Assembly (NCBI GenBank): GCA_038217285.1
Contig: JBBQPO010000144.1
Span: 1 to 15,503 of the forward strand
Length of the DNA: 15,503 bases
Source of the DNA: Chthonomonadales bacterium
Lineage (GTDB): Bacteria; Armatimonadota; Chthonomonadetes; Chthonomonadales; Chthonomonadaceae
Reading direction: 5' to 3'
The position numbers were made by a program, and so were the translations under genes. Shown piece after piece: positions 1 through 7,701 of the stretch (position 1 is the first letter of the stretch; each line of letters begins with the position of its first letter). The notes beneath the pieces were generated by a model. That model was not told the DNA's origin. It did no database searches and saw only the letters and a list, made by a program, of their open reading frames with translations.

Positions 1-104
1 CAATATGTCGAAGATGACAGCCAGATTCCATCTTTCTCAAAACAGACGACCCTCATTTTCATGATGTGCAACGAAGCTCCGTAGAAAGAGATAGAAACTC
101 TGTC

Positions 105-1643
105 ATGCCCCTCTGGTACAACTCGTTCTTTTCCGCCGTCAGTCTGATGCTCGTTCTATCGCTGCTTGTTGCCGTCACCGCGACGCCTGCCGTGGGAGAG
201 CCAAAAGAGAGACTGAATGTCACAGCGTTCGGCGCGCATAGCGGGGATCGGAGCGATACGGTTCCGGCGGTGAGGGCGGCGCTGGAGCAGTGCCGCAAGA
301 CGGGCGCGAACGTGCTTGTTTTTCCGAAGGGCCGGTACGACTTCTATCCGGACCGCGCTTCGGAGCAGTATGTCTTCATCTCCAACAACGACGAGGGGCT
401 GCGGCGAGTCGCGTTCCCGCTGAGCGGCTGCACCGGTTTGGAGATCGACGGGCAGGGCTCGGAGTTTATCTTTCACGGCGTCATCATCCCGTTCGTGCTC
501 GCGGGCGCGAAACAGGTGACGGTGCGGAACCTGTCTATCGACTGGGAACAGACGTTTCACACGGAGGGAACGGTCGTTTCGGTGGACGACAACGCCGTGG
601 AACTGACCATTCCGGAGCAGTTTCCGTACAAGGTCGTCAACGAGCGGTTTCAGCATATGGGCGCGGGCAAAGAGGATTTCGTGCTCGGCAATATGCTGGA
701 GTTCGATACGCAACGGCGCGAAACCGCCTTCGGAGCGCAGGACAACTATGGGGCGGCGGATCGGCTTCAGGTGGTCGTGCGGCCTGGCAGCGGGCGTATC
801 GTCTCCGCGACGGCCGACGCCACGCACTTCGTCTCCTGTCGGGGTCGCATCAAGATGACCGACTGTCGCTTCGAAAACCAGAAGGACGATGCGACCAACG
901 TCCACGGGATCTATACGCGTATTACCGGCCGTCCCGATGCCTATAGCGTCGAAGTCCGCCTCATGCATGGCCAGCAGTTCGGCATCCATCCGGCGAAGGT
1001 CGGGCATACTATGCAATTCGTCAAGGGCGATACGCTGCTGCCCGCTTACCAGGCGAAGGTCACGAAGGTGCGCGCGATCAACAAGGAGTTTACGATCCTG
1101 ACCTTCGCGAAACCTTTGCCTGCGACCCTGACACCGAACGATGCCGTGCTGGATCTCTACTGGCAGCCGACAGACGTGTTGATCAAAGGCTGCACGCTCG
1201 GCAGCAATCGGGCGCGCGGCTTCCTGATCTCCGTGCAGAGCCATGTTGTCATCGAGGAGTGTACGTTCCACACGCCCGGCGCGGCGATCCTGATCACTGG
1301 AGACGCCAACTACTGGTTCGAGTCCGGGCCCGTTCGCGACGTTACCGTCCGCAACAACCGCTTCATCGACTGCAACTATGGAGTCTGGGGGAGCGCCGCC
1401 ATCGAGATCAATCCCGAGATCAAGCCGGAGCATCGTCAGGAGCCGCGCTATCACCGGAACATCCGAATCGAGAATAACCGCTTCGAGGTTTTCTTCCCCC
1501 GACTGTTACGCGCCCACTCCGTCGACGGCCTGCGCTTCACCGGCAATACCGTCGTGCCCTCGAACCGCTATCCGGCCAAAGAACCAACCACGCCGCCCCT
1601 CGACATCCGCGACTGCTCCCATGTCATAATAGAGAACAAATAA
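105..1643 (+). CDS. Secreted right-handed beta-helix glycoside hydrolase, GH110 (alpha-1,3-galactosidase)-like; probably carries an in-frame internal deletion
   Basis: Signal-peptide-like N-terminus from ATG 105 (the ORF track starts at GTG 66). It has the LVFPKGRYDF beta-helix start, the GH110-type acidic motifs ADATHF and NQKDDATNVHG, NRARGFL, and GDANYWFESGPVRDV. Confidence 0.8.
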   Translation: MPLWYNSFFSAVSLMLVLSLLVAVTATPAVGEPKERLNVTAFGAHSGDRSDTVPAVRAALEQCRKTGANVLVFPKGRYDFYPDRASEQYVFISNNDEGLRRVAFPLSGCTGLEIDGQGSEFIFHGVIIPFVLAGAKQVTVRNLSIDWEQTFHTEGTVVSVDDNAVELTIPEQFPYKVVNERFQHMGAGKEDFVLGNMLEFDTQRRETAFGAQDNYGAADRLQVVVRPGSGRIVSATADATHFVSCRGRIKMTDCRFENQKDDATNVHGIYTRITGRPDAYSVEVRLMHGQQFGIHPAKVGHTMQFVKGDTLLPAYQAKVTKVRAINKEFTILTFAKPLPATLTPNDAVLDLYWQPTDVLIKGCTLGSNRARGFLISVQSHVVIEECTFHTPGAAILITGDANYWFESGPVRDVTVRNNRFIDCNYGVWGSAAIEINPEIKPEHRQEPRYHRNIRIENNRFEVFFPRLLRAHSVDGLRFTGNTVVPSNRYPAKEPTTPPLDIRDCSHVIIENK

Positions 1644-1677
1644 GGTTCACAGATTCATACCAGGAGGCCCCTTGCCT

Positions 1678-1908
1678 TTAGGCAGGGGAGGAATGGTATC
1701 CTTCGAGAATGAGCGTCGTCAGACGCGGGATTTGGCTTATCTCAGAGGGCAAAGAAGTTAGTTGATTGTCACCAAGATAGAGGGTTGTCAAATTGGTCAG
1801 TTGCCCGATTTCAGAAGGCAATGAGGAGAGGTGATTGTTGTGAAGGTAGAGTTTCGTAAGATTGGTGAGCTGACCGATCTCAGGCGGCAGAGAGGTCAGC
1901 TCATACAA
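1678..1908 (-). pseudogene. Leucine-rich-repeat fragment (about three 23-aa LRRs), probably a gene remnant or a frameshifted C-terminus
   Basis: LTSLPPEIGQLTNLTKLYLHNNH / LSSLPSEIGQLTNLTTLYLGDNQ / LTSLPSEISQIPRLTTLIL match the bacterial LRR consensus. It has only a TTG start, no RBS, begins mid-repeat and overlaps the ankyrin gene end in the -1 frame. Confidence 0.7.
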
Positions 1909-2705
1909 GCGCTGCGCTTGCTGTCGGTGAGTTCGGCCTTGAGAGAAGCGCCATGCTCTTCCAGGAGGCGGACCAGTTCTAGAGAACCCGCCCCATGCAC
2001 ATACATGAGCACATTCTTGCCGTTCTTGTCGGTGAACTTCGCATCGGCGCCTCTCTCCAGGAGAAAGCGCACGATGCTGAGGTTATGGGTGGAGGTCGCA
2101 TGAACGAGCGAAGGCATCTCATTCGCATCGGGTACGTTGACGTCCGCGCCGTGATCGACGAGCAGACGCACCATCTCCGGAGAGCCCATTATGCAGGCCA
2201 TCGGTAAGGGGTGCAATCCATTGAAGCCCTTGGCGTTGGGATCGACTTTGGCATCGAGCAGCGCCGTGGCCTCTTTGATACTATTCGTCTGTACGGCAAA
2301 GCCCAGCGCGAAGGCAGGCACATAGGCTCCGCCTGCCACCAGATCCGCGATAGCCTCGGCGTTGGCTTCCGCCTGGGCTGCGTCTACCGGTGTTTTACCC
2401 TCTTTATCGTGTGCATTGGGATTCGCGCCATACTTCAACAGGGTCTTCAGGACGATCAGATCCATACCCTTGACGGAATAGAAGAGGGGCGTTCGACCCT
2501 GAGCGTCCTGCTCATTGGGATCCGCGCCCTGCTCCAATAGTTTACGCGTCAGTTTTGTGTCGTCCTCTTTGGCCGCTTTGAAGAGCGACAGTTCCTGGGG
2601 TGTCTGCAGAGGTTCGCCTGCGACGCAGGCAGCGGAAACCATGCAGATGACAAGTGTGCAGCAGAACCAGAGAGGGCAAGTGAGACAAGATCGGTTGCAT
2701 CGCAT
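1896..2705 (-). CDS. Exported ankyrin-repeat protein (possible lipoprotein)
   Basis: Repeated ankyrin motifs (LLEQGADPN, GRTPLF, LLKYGANPN, GKTPV, LLVDHGADVN, LLERGAD). Strong RBS GGAGGTG upstream of ATG 2705. Hydrophobic, Cys-rich leader ending in VSAAC. Confidence 0.9.
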   Translation of the reverse strand: MRCNRSCLTCPLWFCCTLVICMVSAACVAGEPLQTPQELSLFKAAKEDDTKLTRKLLEQGADPNEQDAQGRTPLFYSVKGMDLIVLKTLLKYGANPNAHDKEGKTPVDAAQAEANAEAIADLVAGGAYVPAFALGFAVQTNSIKEATALLDAKVDPNAKGFNGLHPLPMACIMGSPEMVRLLVDHGADVNVPDANEMPSLVHATSTHNLSIVRFLLERGADAKFTDKNGKNVLMYVHGAGSLELVRLLEEHGASLKAELTDSKRSACMS

Positions 2706-2822
2706 ACGTTTTCACCTCCATTCGTCGTGGGCCGGTTGTCTGGAGACAGGGTAATATCGATTCATCAAATTCGGACAGGCATCTCGTTCCTCATAGCTCC
2801 CTTGAAAGTGCGGATCGGCGGA

Positions 2823-3830
2823 TCATTTCGAGGGAGCGTTGGGGTGGGGAGAGGGTTGGATCTCCGCCATAGCGATACCGGATTCACCGGCGATGCTATA
2901 GAGCAGGTAGGTCTTACCCGCCTCCTGGAAGACAGCAGGGTCGCGCAGAGCGTTTTCGGGGCCTTCCAGCGCGCCGATATGAGTGGCTTGTAGGGGCAGG
3001 TTTGCGCCTTCCCAGGGCATCTCCGGTTTGAGGAACTCTTTAGGTTCGGTCGGTTTCCACTGGGTCCAGTCCAGGCTAAGTTTGACCTGCGAAGCAAGGA
3101 TGCGCTCAGGGGTGTCTCCGGTGCGGGTATAGAAGACGGTGAGGGTGTCGCCCTGCACCAGGGGGGCGTTGTGGACCTGCGTGGGCGGAAACAGTTGCGG
3201 GCCAGCTTCGAAGTGCGTCATGCCGTCGCGAGAGCGGAACAGTTTGCCGGGCATCGCCAGCGCATACCACCAGCCGTCGTAGTGGAACAGTCGCCAGTAG
3301 GCGCTGCCCTTGCCGACGGGCTCCTGCGTGGCCGTGAAGTTCAGGCCGTCCGTAGAGACAGCGACACGCGTATGCTGCGAACGCTCTTCCGGAGTCAGGC
3401 CGTGATAGAACATCCGGATCTGCTTATGGGCGTTGTCTACGACGACATCCGGGGAGGCGATATGGTCGGTGAAGTAGGACTGCGCCAGTTGCAGGGCACC
3501 GGGTCGATAGACTTTCCAGGGACCGGTCAGTGTGTCGGAGTATGCCAGACGAATATACTTGCCGCGATGGTCGGCAAAATAGAGGTAGTAGGCTCCGAGG
3601 GGCTTCTCGACCCACGCAGGTACGCGGATCAGGCTCGGCCCGTTGATGTTGTTGCCTAGAGTGGGATCGGACTGCGGCGTGAGGATCGGGTTGCCGGGCA
3701 GGCGTCTCGCCGTTCCGATAACCGGAGGCATGTCGGGAGGCGCCTGTGGCAGCGAACAGGCAGGTGAGATTGTCAATCCCACGAATCCGGCGACCGACAG
3801 ACTGAACAGGACCGCAGCACGAAGGCGCAT
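2823..3830 (-). CDS. Secreted beta-propeller protein, glycoside hydrolase clan GH43/32/130-like; substrate unknown
   Basis: Signal peptide, RBS AGGGAG, and propeller-type motifs GNPIL, NINGPS, YYLYFA, IRLAYSDTLTGPW, HIASPDV, VAVSTDGLNF, LRDPAVF. Confidence 0.7.
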   Translation of the reverse strand: MRLRAAVLFSLSVAGFVGLTISPACSLPQAPPDMPPVIGTARRLPGNPILTPQSDPTLGNNINGPSLIRVPAWVEKPLGAYYLYFADHRGKYIRLAYSDTLTGPWKVYRPGALQLAQSYFTDHIASPDVVVDNAHKQIRMFYHGLTPEERSQHTRVAVSTDGLNFTATQEPVGKGSAYWRLFHYDGWWYALAMPGKLFRSRDGMTHFEAGPQLFPPTQVHNAPLVQGDTLTVFYTRTGDTPERILASQVKLSLDWTQWKPTEPKEFLKPEMPWEGANLPLQATHIGALEGPENALRDPAVFQEAGKTYLLYSIAGESGIAMAEIQPSPHPNAPSK

Positions 3831-3848
3831 GTTTCTCCCTGTCTCCTG

Positions 3849-4514
3849 TCAGACCGCCGGGGTGTAGCCGAGAACGATGTCGAACTTCGCAGCCACCTCG
3901 CCGATGCGGGACCCCTTGACCGGCGCGAACGGCACAATGACCGAGGCGCGCTGCTTCGCATTCTGAATATCATTCAGCACGCCGTCGCCGTTGTTTTTCG
4001 GCTCGCCTTTGATGTAGCACTGCGTCGTAAACTTTTCGCGGCCCTTCATCTTGACTGCGAAATGGATATGCGGCGTACGACCGGGATAGGCTACCGGTTT
4101 GATGGTGCGGAAGTAGTATTCGCCGGTCGAGGCGGTCAGAAAGCGCCCGAAGCCCTGAAAGTTGGCATCGTGCTTTCCGGACGGATTGGTGCCGTGGCTA
4201 TGCAGGTACGATCCCTCGTGGTCCACCTGCCAGATCTCCACGACGGCGTTGCGAATCGGCTCTCCGCGCGCGTCCAGCACACGACCGCTTAGATGCGTAA
4301 TATCGCCGACGGCCTCTGTGATCCGGTCGTTGACGATGAGCAGGTCGTTGTCGGTATCGACCGGCAGGTGGTCCGGGTAGAACGGGCCTTCCGTCTGGGC
4401 GGGTGTACGCATCAGTTCGTCGGCAAATGCCCCGGTCGGCAGTAACGTGGCGGCGCTGATCGCCAGTCCGCTCAAGAAGCGACGGCGTGTCCAGGACGGC
4501 AATGACAGTGCCAT
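3849..4514 (-). CDS. Tat-exported intradiol ring-cleavage dioxygenase-like protein (protocatechuate 3,4-dioxygenase fold), 221 aa
   Basis: Start ATG 4514 follows RBS AAGGAG. Twin-arginine motif TRRRFL, then TEGPFYP, VEIWQVDHEGSY, FRTIKPVAYPGRTPHIH, supplying the expected Tyr/Tyr/His/His Fe ligands. Confidence 0.88.
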   Translation of the reverse strand: MALSLPSWTRRRFLSGLAISAATLLPTGAFADELMRTPAQTEGPFYPDHLPVDTDNDLLIVNDRITEAVGDITHLSGRVLDARGEPIRNAVVEIWQVDHEGSYLHSHGTNPSGKHDANFQGFGRFLTASTGEYYFRTIKPVAYPGRTPHIHFAVKMKGREKFTTQCYIKGEPKNNGDGVLNDIQNAKQRASVIVPFAPVKGSRIGEVAAKFDIVLGYTPAV

Positions 4515-4708
4515 AAGAGACGTTCTCCTTACATCCAAGATATTGTTCTCTTCGCCCTCACGCGGCACTTTTCCTGCCGCCGATTTCGTCCGCCGGGATG
4601 CCGTCCGCAAACGAGGGTCCAGGGGTGACAAGCCCCGCAGCATCCAGCGCCCGTAGCCTAACAGGGAACGCAGGCGAGCGAACACCGTTTCCACTGGAGA
4701 TCTCCTCG

Positions 4709-5806
4709 TCAGGAGAAAGTGGGGATCGTAACGGTCTCGCCCTCCCGCAGGGCCGATTCGTGGGCGCAGATGCCGGGAGCGGTCCAGTTCGCCGCCGTCA
4801 CGGCGTCGATGGCGGGAGGACGCTCCTCGACGATGCTGCGGACGAACTCATGGGCCAGATGGGGATGCGAGCCGCCATGTGCGCCGTCGGTCTCGAAGCG
4901 TGTGAACGCGCGGATCGACTCCGGCAGACGGTCGGCGTAGTCGGGAATATCCACGCGTTCCACCGAGACGGGCCGACCGTAAGGCGTGACCTGGTCGCTC
5001 AGGGTGAACAGCGCCGGCTTCTCGTCGCGCAGTTGATTCCACTCGAAGCTCTTTTTCGAGCCGTAGACATTGAAGCTCTCGATGTAGGGCCGGGCCGTCT
5101 CAAACCAGGAGCGTGTCACCTCGGCGGCGGCATCGGTGTTTTCGAGCCGAAACAGACCGGTCTCCAGGCGGAAAGGGTTGGCGTTCGGCTGCTGCAGACG
5201 TGGCGACAGTCGGCCGGAGCCGAGGCAGTTGACCTGCGTCGCGCGGGTGCCGGTCAGCGCCAGCAGCGGCGCGACGGCGTGGGTCGCATAGTGCATCGGA
5301 GGAACGCTCTTCCAGTAGTCCGGATAGCCTTCGACATCCTGAAAATAGACGCCGCGCAGAAATGTCAGATCCCCCAACTCGCCCCGGTCGTAGAGATCTT
5401 TGACGAAGAGAAACTCGCGGGAATAGACGACTGTCTCCATCATCATATAGTTCTTGCCAGCCGTTCGTTGCGCGGCGACGATGCGCCGTAGCTCGTCGAG
5501 GGTCGAACCCATGCAGACCGCCGAGGCACAGTGCTTGCCTGCTTCCAGCACGCGCAGCGTCTGCGCGGCATGCAGCAGAAACGGCGTCAGCAGATGCACG
5601 GCATCGATATCCGGCGTGCCTAACAGCGTTTCGAAATCGGTAAACCGGCGGACGACACCGAACCGATCGCCAACCTCTTGCAGACGCCGCGTATCCAGAT
5701 CGCACAGGACAACTTCGCCTACCTCCGGATGCCGCTGGTAGATAGGGACAAACTCCGCGCCGAAATGCAGCCCGACCACGGCGATGCAGATTTTTTGCTG
5801 TGCCAC
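4709..5806 (-). CDS. Gfo/Idh/MocA family NAD(P)-dependent oxidoreductase
   Basis: N-terminal Rossmann motif IAVVGLHFG, DIDAVHLLTP..H, LEAGKH, and C-terminal HGGSHPHL..EF. GTG start with RBS GGAGGAG. Confidence 0.9.
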   Translation of the reverse strand: MAQQKICIAVVGLHFGAEFVPIYQRHPEVGEVVLCDLDTRRLQEVGDRFGVVRRFTDFETLLGTPDIDAVHLLTPFLLHAAQTLRVLEAGKHCASAVCMGSTLDELRRIVAAQRTAGKNYMMMETVVYSREFLFVKDLYDRGELGDLTFLRGVYFQDVEGYPDYWKSVPPMHYATHAVAPLLALTGTRATQVNCLGSGRLSPRLQQPNANPFRLETGLFRLENTDAAAEVTRSWFETARPYIESFNVYGSKKSFEWNQLRDEKPALFTLSDQVTPYGRPVSVERVDIPDYADRLPESIRAFTRFETDGAHGGSHPHLAHEFVRSIVEERPPAIDAVTAANWTAPGICAHESALREGETVTIPTFS

Positions 5807-5934
5807 GCGACCTCTCCTCCCTCTCTGTAAGGCGTAATGAGCCTATCTTATGCAGGCTTGCGCTTCTTTCCTGCGGGAGTACATGTGATTCTGTCTTTGC
5901 TGTGTGGCAGGGAGGAGGCTCTTCGGGTTCGGGG

Positions 5935-5940
5935 TATAAT
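5935..5940 (+). promoter_or_regulatory. Consensus -10 box (TATAAT) 7 nt before the murJ ATG; possible leaderless promoter
   Basis: TATAAT-gcacatc-ATG(5948), with no SD between them and no clear -35. Confidence 0.55.
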
Positions 5941-5947
5941 GCACATC

Positions 5948-7672
5948 ATGGCAACAACAGATAATCCCGTGCCGGAAGCGGGCTTCGGTGACGGAGATGA
6001 TGGGGACAAAGGCGGACAGAGTAAGGCGCAGCGACGGATCGCGGGGGCGTCCGGCTTTCTCATGGTCGCGGTGCTGCTCAGTCGGGTGCTCGGCCTCGTG
6101 CGCGAGCATGTGATCTCCACACGTTTTGGACAGGGCGTCGAAACCGACATCTATACGGCAGCCTTCACCGTTCCCGACCTTATCTTCTTCCTCATCGCCG
6201 GTGGCGGCCTCTCGACCGCCATTATCCCGACCTTCACACAGTATATGAACGAGGGTCGTAAGCAGGAAGCCTGGCGTATCTTCAAGGTCGTCTGTATCTT
6301 CACCACCCTCATCGTTGCGGGCCTGATTCTGGTCGGGGAGGTGTTCACCTCCGCCCTGATCCGCCGTACCAACCCCGGTTTCACCGAAGAAGAGGTCGTG
6401 CGGTGCGTAGGATTGACGCGGATTCTGCTCCCGGCCCAGATCTGTTTCTTCCTCGGGGGGCTGATGATGGGCGTCCTCCAGACCCGCAACAATATGCGTG
6501 GGCAGGCCTACGGGCCGCTGATCTACAACCTCGGCATCATTTTCGGCGGGGTGGTACTGACGAAGTTCATGCCGGCGGGCAGCGAGATCGCCGGGTTGTG
6601 CTGGGGAGCGGTCGGTGGGGCGCTGCTGGGCAACCTGCTTCTGCAGTGGTATTTCATAAAACGCATGGGCGGCTACTGGGCGCCGGAGAGCCTGCGAACG
6701 ATGCTCAAGGAGCCGGGAGTGAAAGAGGGCGCGCTCCAGGTGTGGTACATGATGCTGCCGATCATTCTGGGCGTCGCGCTGCCGCAAGTGAGTGCGCTGA
6801 TGAATCGCTACTACGCCTCTTACCTCGACAAAGGCACGATGTCGGCGCTGAACCGCGCCAATCAGTTGATGCAGGTTCCGCTCGGGGTCTTCGGGCAGGC
6901 GGTCTCTATCGCGATCCTGCCCACTCTGGCAGCGCAGTTCGTCAAAAAAGATATGGCGGCGATTCGGCGCACCACGAACTTCGGGCTGCGTTTCATCCTG
7001 TTTCTGACGGTTCCCTGCTCGGTGTTGATGATCGTGCTCGCGGTGCCCCTCGTGCAGTTGGCGCTGCAGGGCGGACGATACCATACCGCCGACTCGATCA
7101 CGGCGGCGACCGCGCTGAGCTTCTATTCCATCGGCATCATGGCCTGGTCGGCGCAGGCGCTCATCTCACGCGCCTTCTACTCGATGAAAGATACCAAAAC
7201 GCCGGTGATCGTTGGGACGCTGGTGACGTTCCTGATCTTCGTCCCGCTCAACCCTCCACTGCTCTTCTGGCTGGGCTATCGCGGCCTCGCACTCGCCACC
7301 TCCATCGCGGCCACCGTCAATATGTTCACGCTGTTGTTCCTGTTGCGCCGCCGTCTGCGGGGGATCGAGGGCGGGAAGCTGCTGGCCTCCGTCCTGAAGA
7401 TCGGCTTCGCCTCCGCCTTCATGGGCGTGGTCTGCCGCTGGCTCTACCTGAAGACATCCAACTATCAGGATGTGCTGGCGGCCCAGAGGGCAGCGGCGGA
7501 GGGCGTGACTGCTTTCCATACTGCCCACGCCCTCCCGCACGCCTTGCAGGCCTTGCTACTCTGCTCTGCGGTCGGTCTGGCGATCTATCTTGCGTTCGCG
7601 CTACTGCTCCGCATGGACGAGATCAGCCCGCTGCGCAAGATTCTCCGCCGCTTCGTCCCACGCCACGCCTAG
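5948..7672 (+). CDS. murJ: Lipid II flippase MurJ (MviN), 574 aa
   Basis: LSRVLGLVRE, AFTVPDLIF..IAGGGLSTAIIPTF, QVPLGVFGQAVSIAILPTL, RAFYSMKDTKTPV and GLALATSIA, with about 14 hydrophobic segments. Confidence 0.95.
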   Translation: MATTDNPVPEAGFGDGDDGDKGGQSKAQRRIAGASGFLMVAVLLSRVLGLVREHVISTRFGQGVETDIYTAAFTVPDLIFFLIAGGGLSTAIIPTFTQYMNEGRKQEAWRIFKVVCIFTTLIVAGLILVGEVFTSALIRRTNPGFTEEEVVRCVGLTRILLPAQICFFLGGLMMGVLQTRNNMRGQAYGPLIYNLGIIFGGVVLTKFMPAGSEIAGLCWGAVGGALLGNLLLQWYFIKRMGGYWAPESLRTMLKEPGVKEGALQVWYMMLPIILGVALPQVSALMNRYYASYLDKGTMSALNRANQLMQVPLGVFGQAVSIAILPTLAAQFVKKDMAAIRRTTNFGLRFILFLTVPCSVLMIVLAVPLVQLALQGGRYHTADSITAATALSFYSIGIMAWSAQALISRAFYSMKDTKTPVIVGTLVTFLIFVPLNPPLLFWLGYRGLALATSIAATVNMFTLLFLLRRRLRGIEGGKLLASVLKIGFASAFMGVVCRWLYLKTSNYQDVLAAQRAAAEGVTAFHTAHALPHALQALLLCSAVGLAIYLAFALLLRMDEISPLRKILRRFVPRHA

Positions 7673-7701
7673 TGCGGCTCATAAAGAGAAAGAGAGTGGG
7701 T

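Noticed and set aside
1866-1898. UGA plus hairpin as a selenocysteine or read-through signal
   Set aside because: In-frame read-through does not give the LRR sequence, which is in the -1 frame.
4515-4694. 60-aa N-terminal extension of the dioxygenase
   Set aside because: The RBS and Tat motif place the start at 4514.
6403-7701. 433-codon N-terminal extension of the PLP enzyme overlapping murJ (827-aa ORF)
   Set aside because: It is the -1 frame of a high-GC3 gene, where stops are naturally rare. The translation is Arg/Ala/Gly-rich noise, and the recognisable enzyme starts at ATG 7702.
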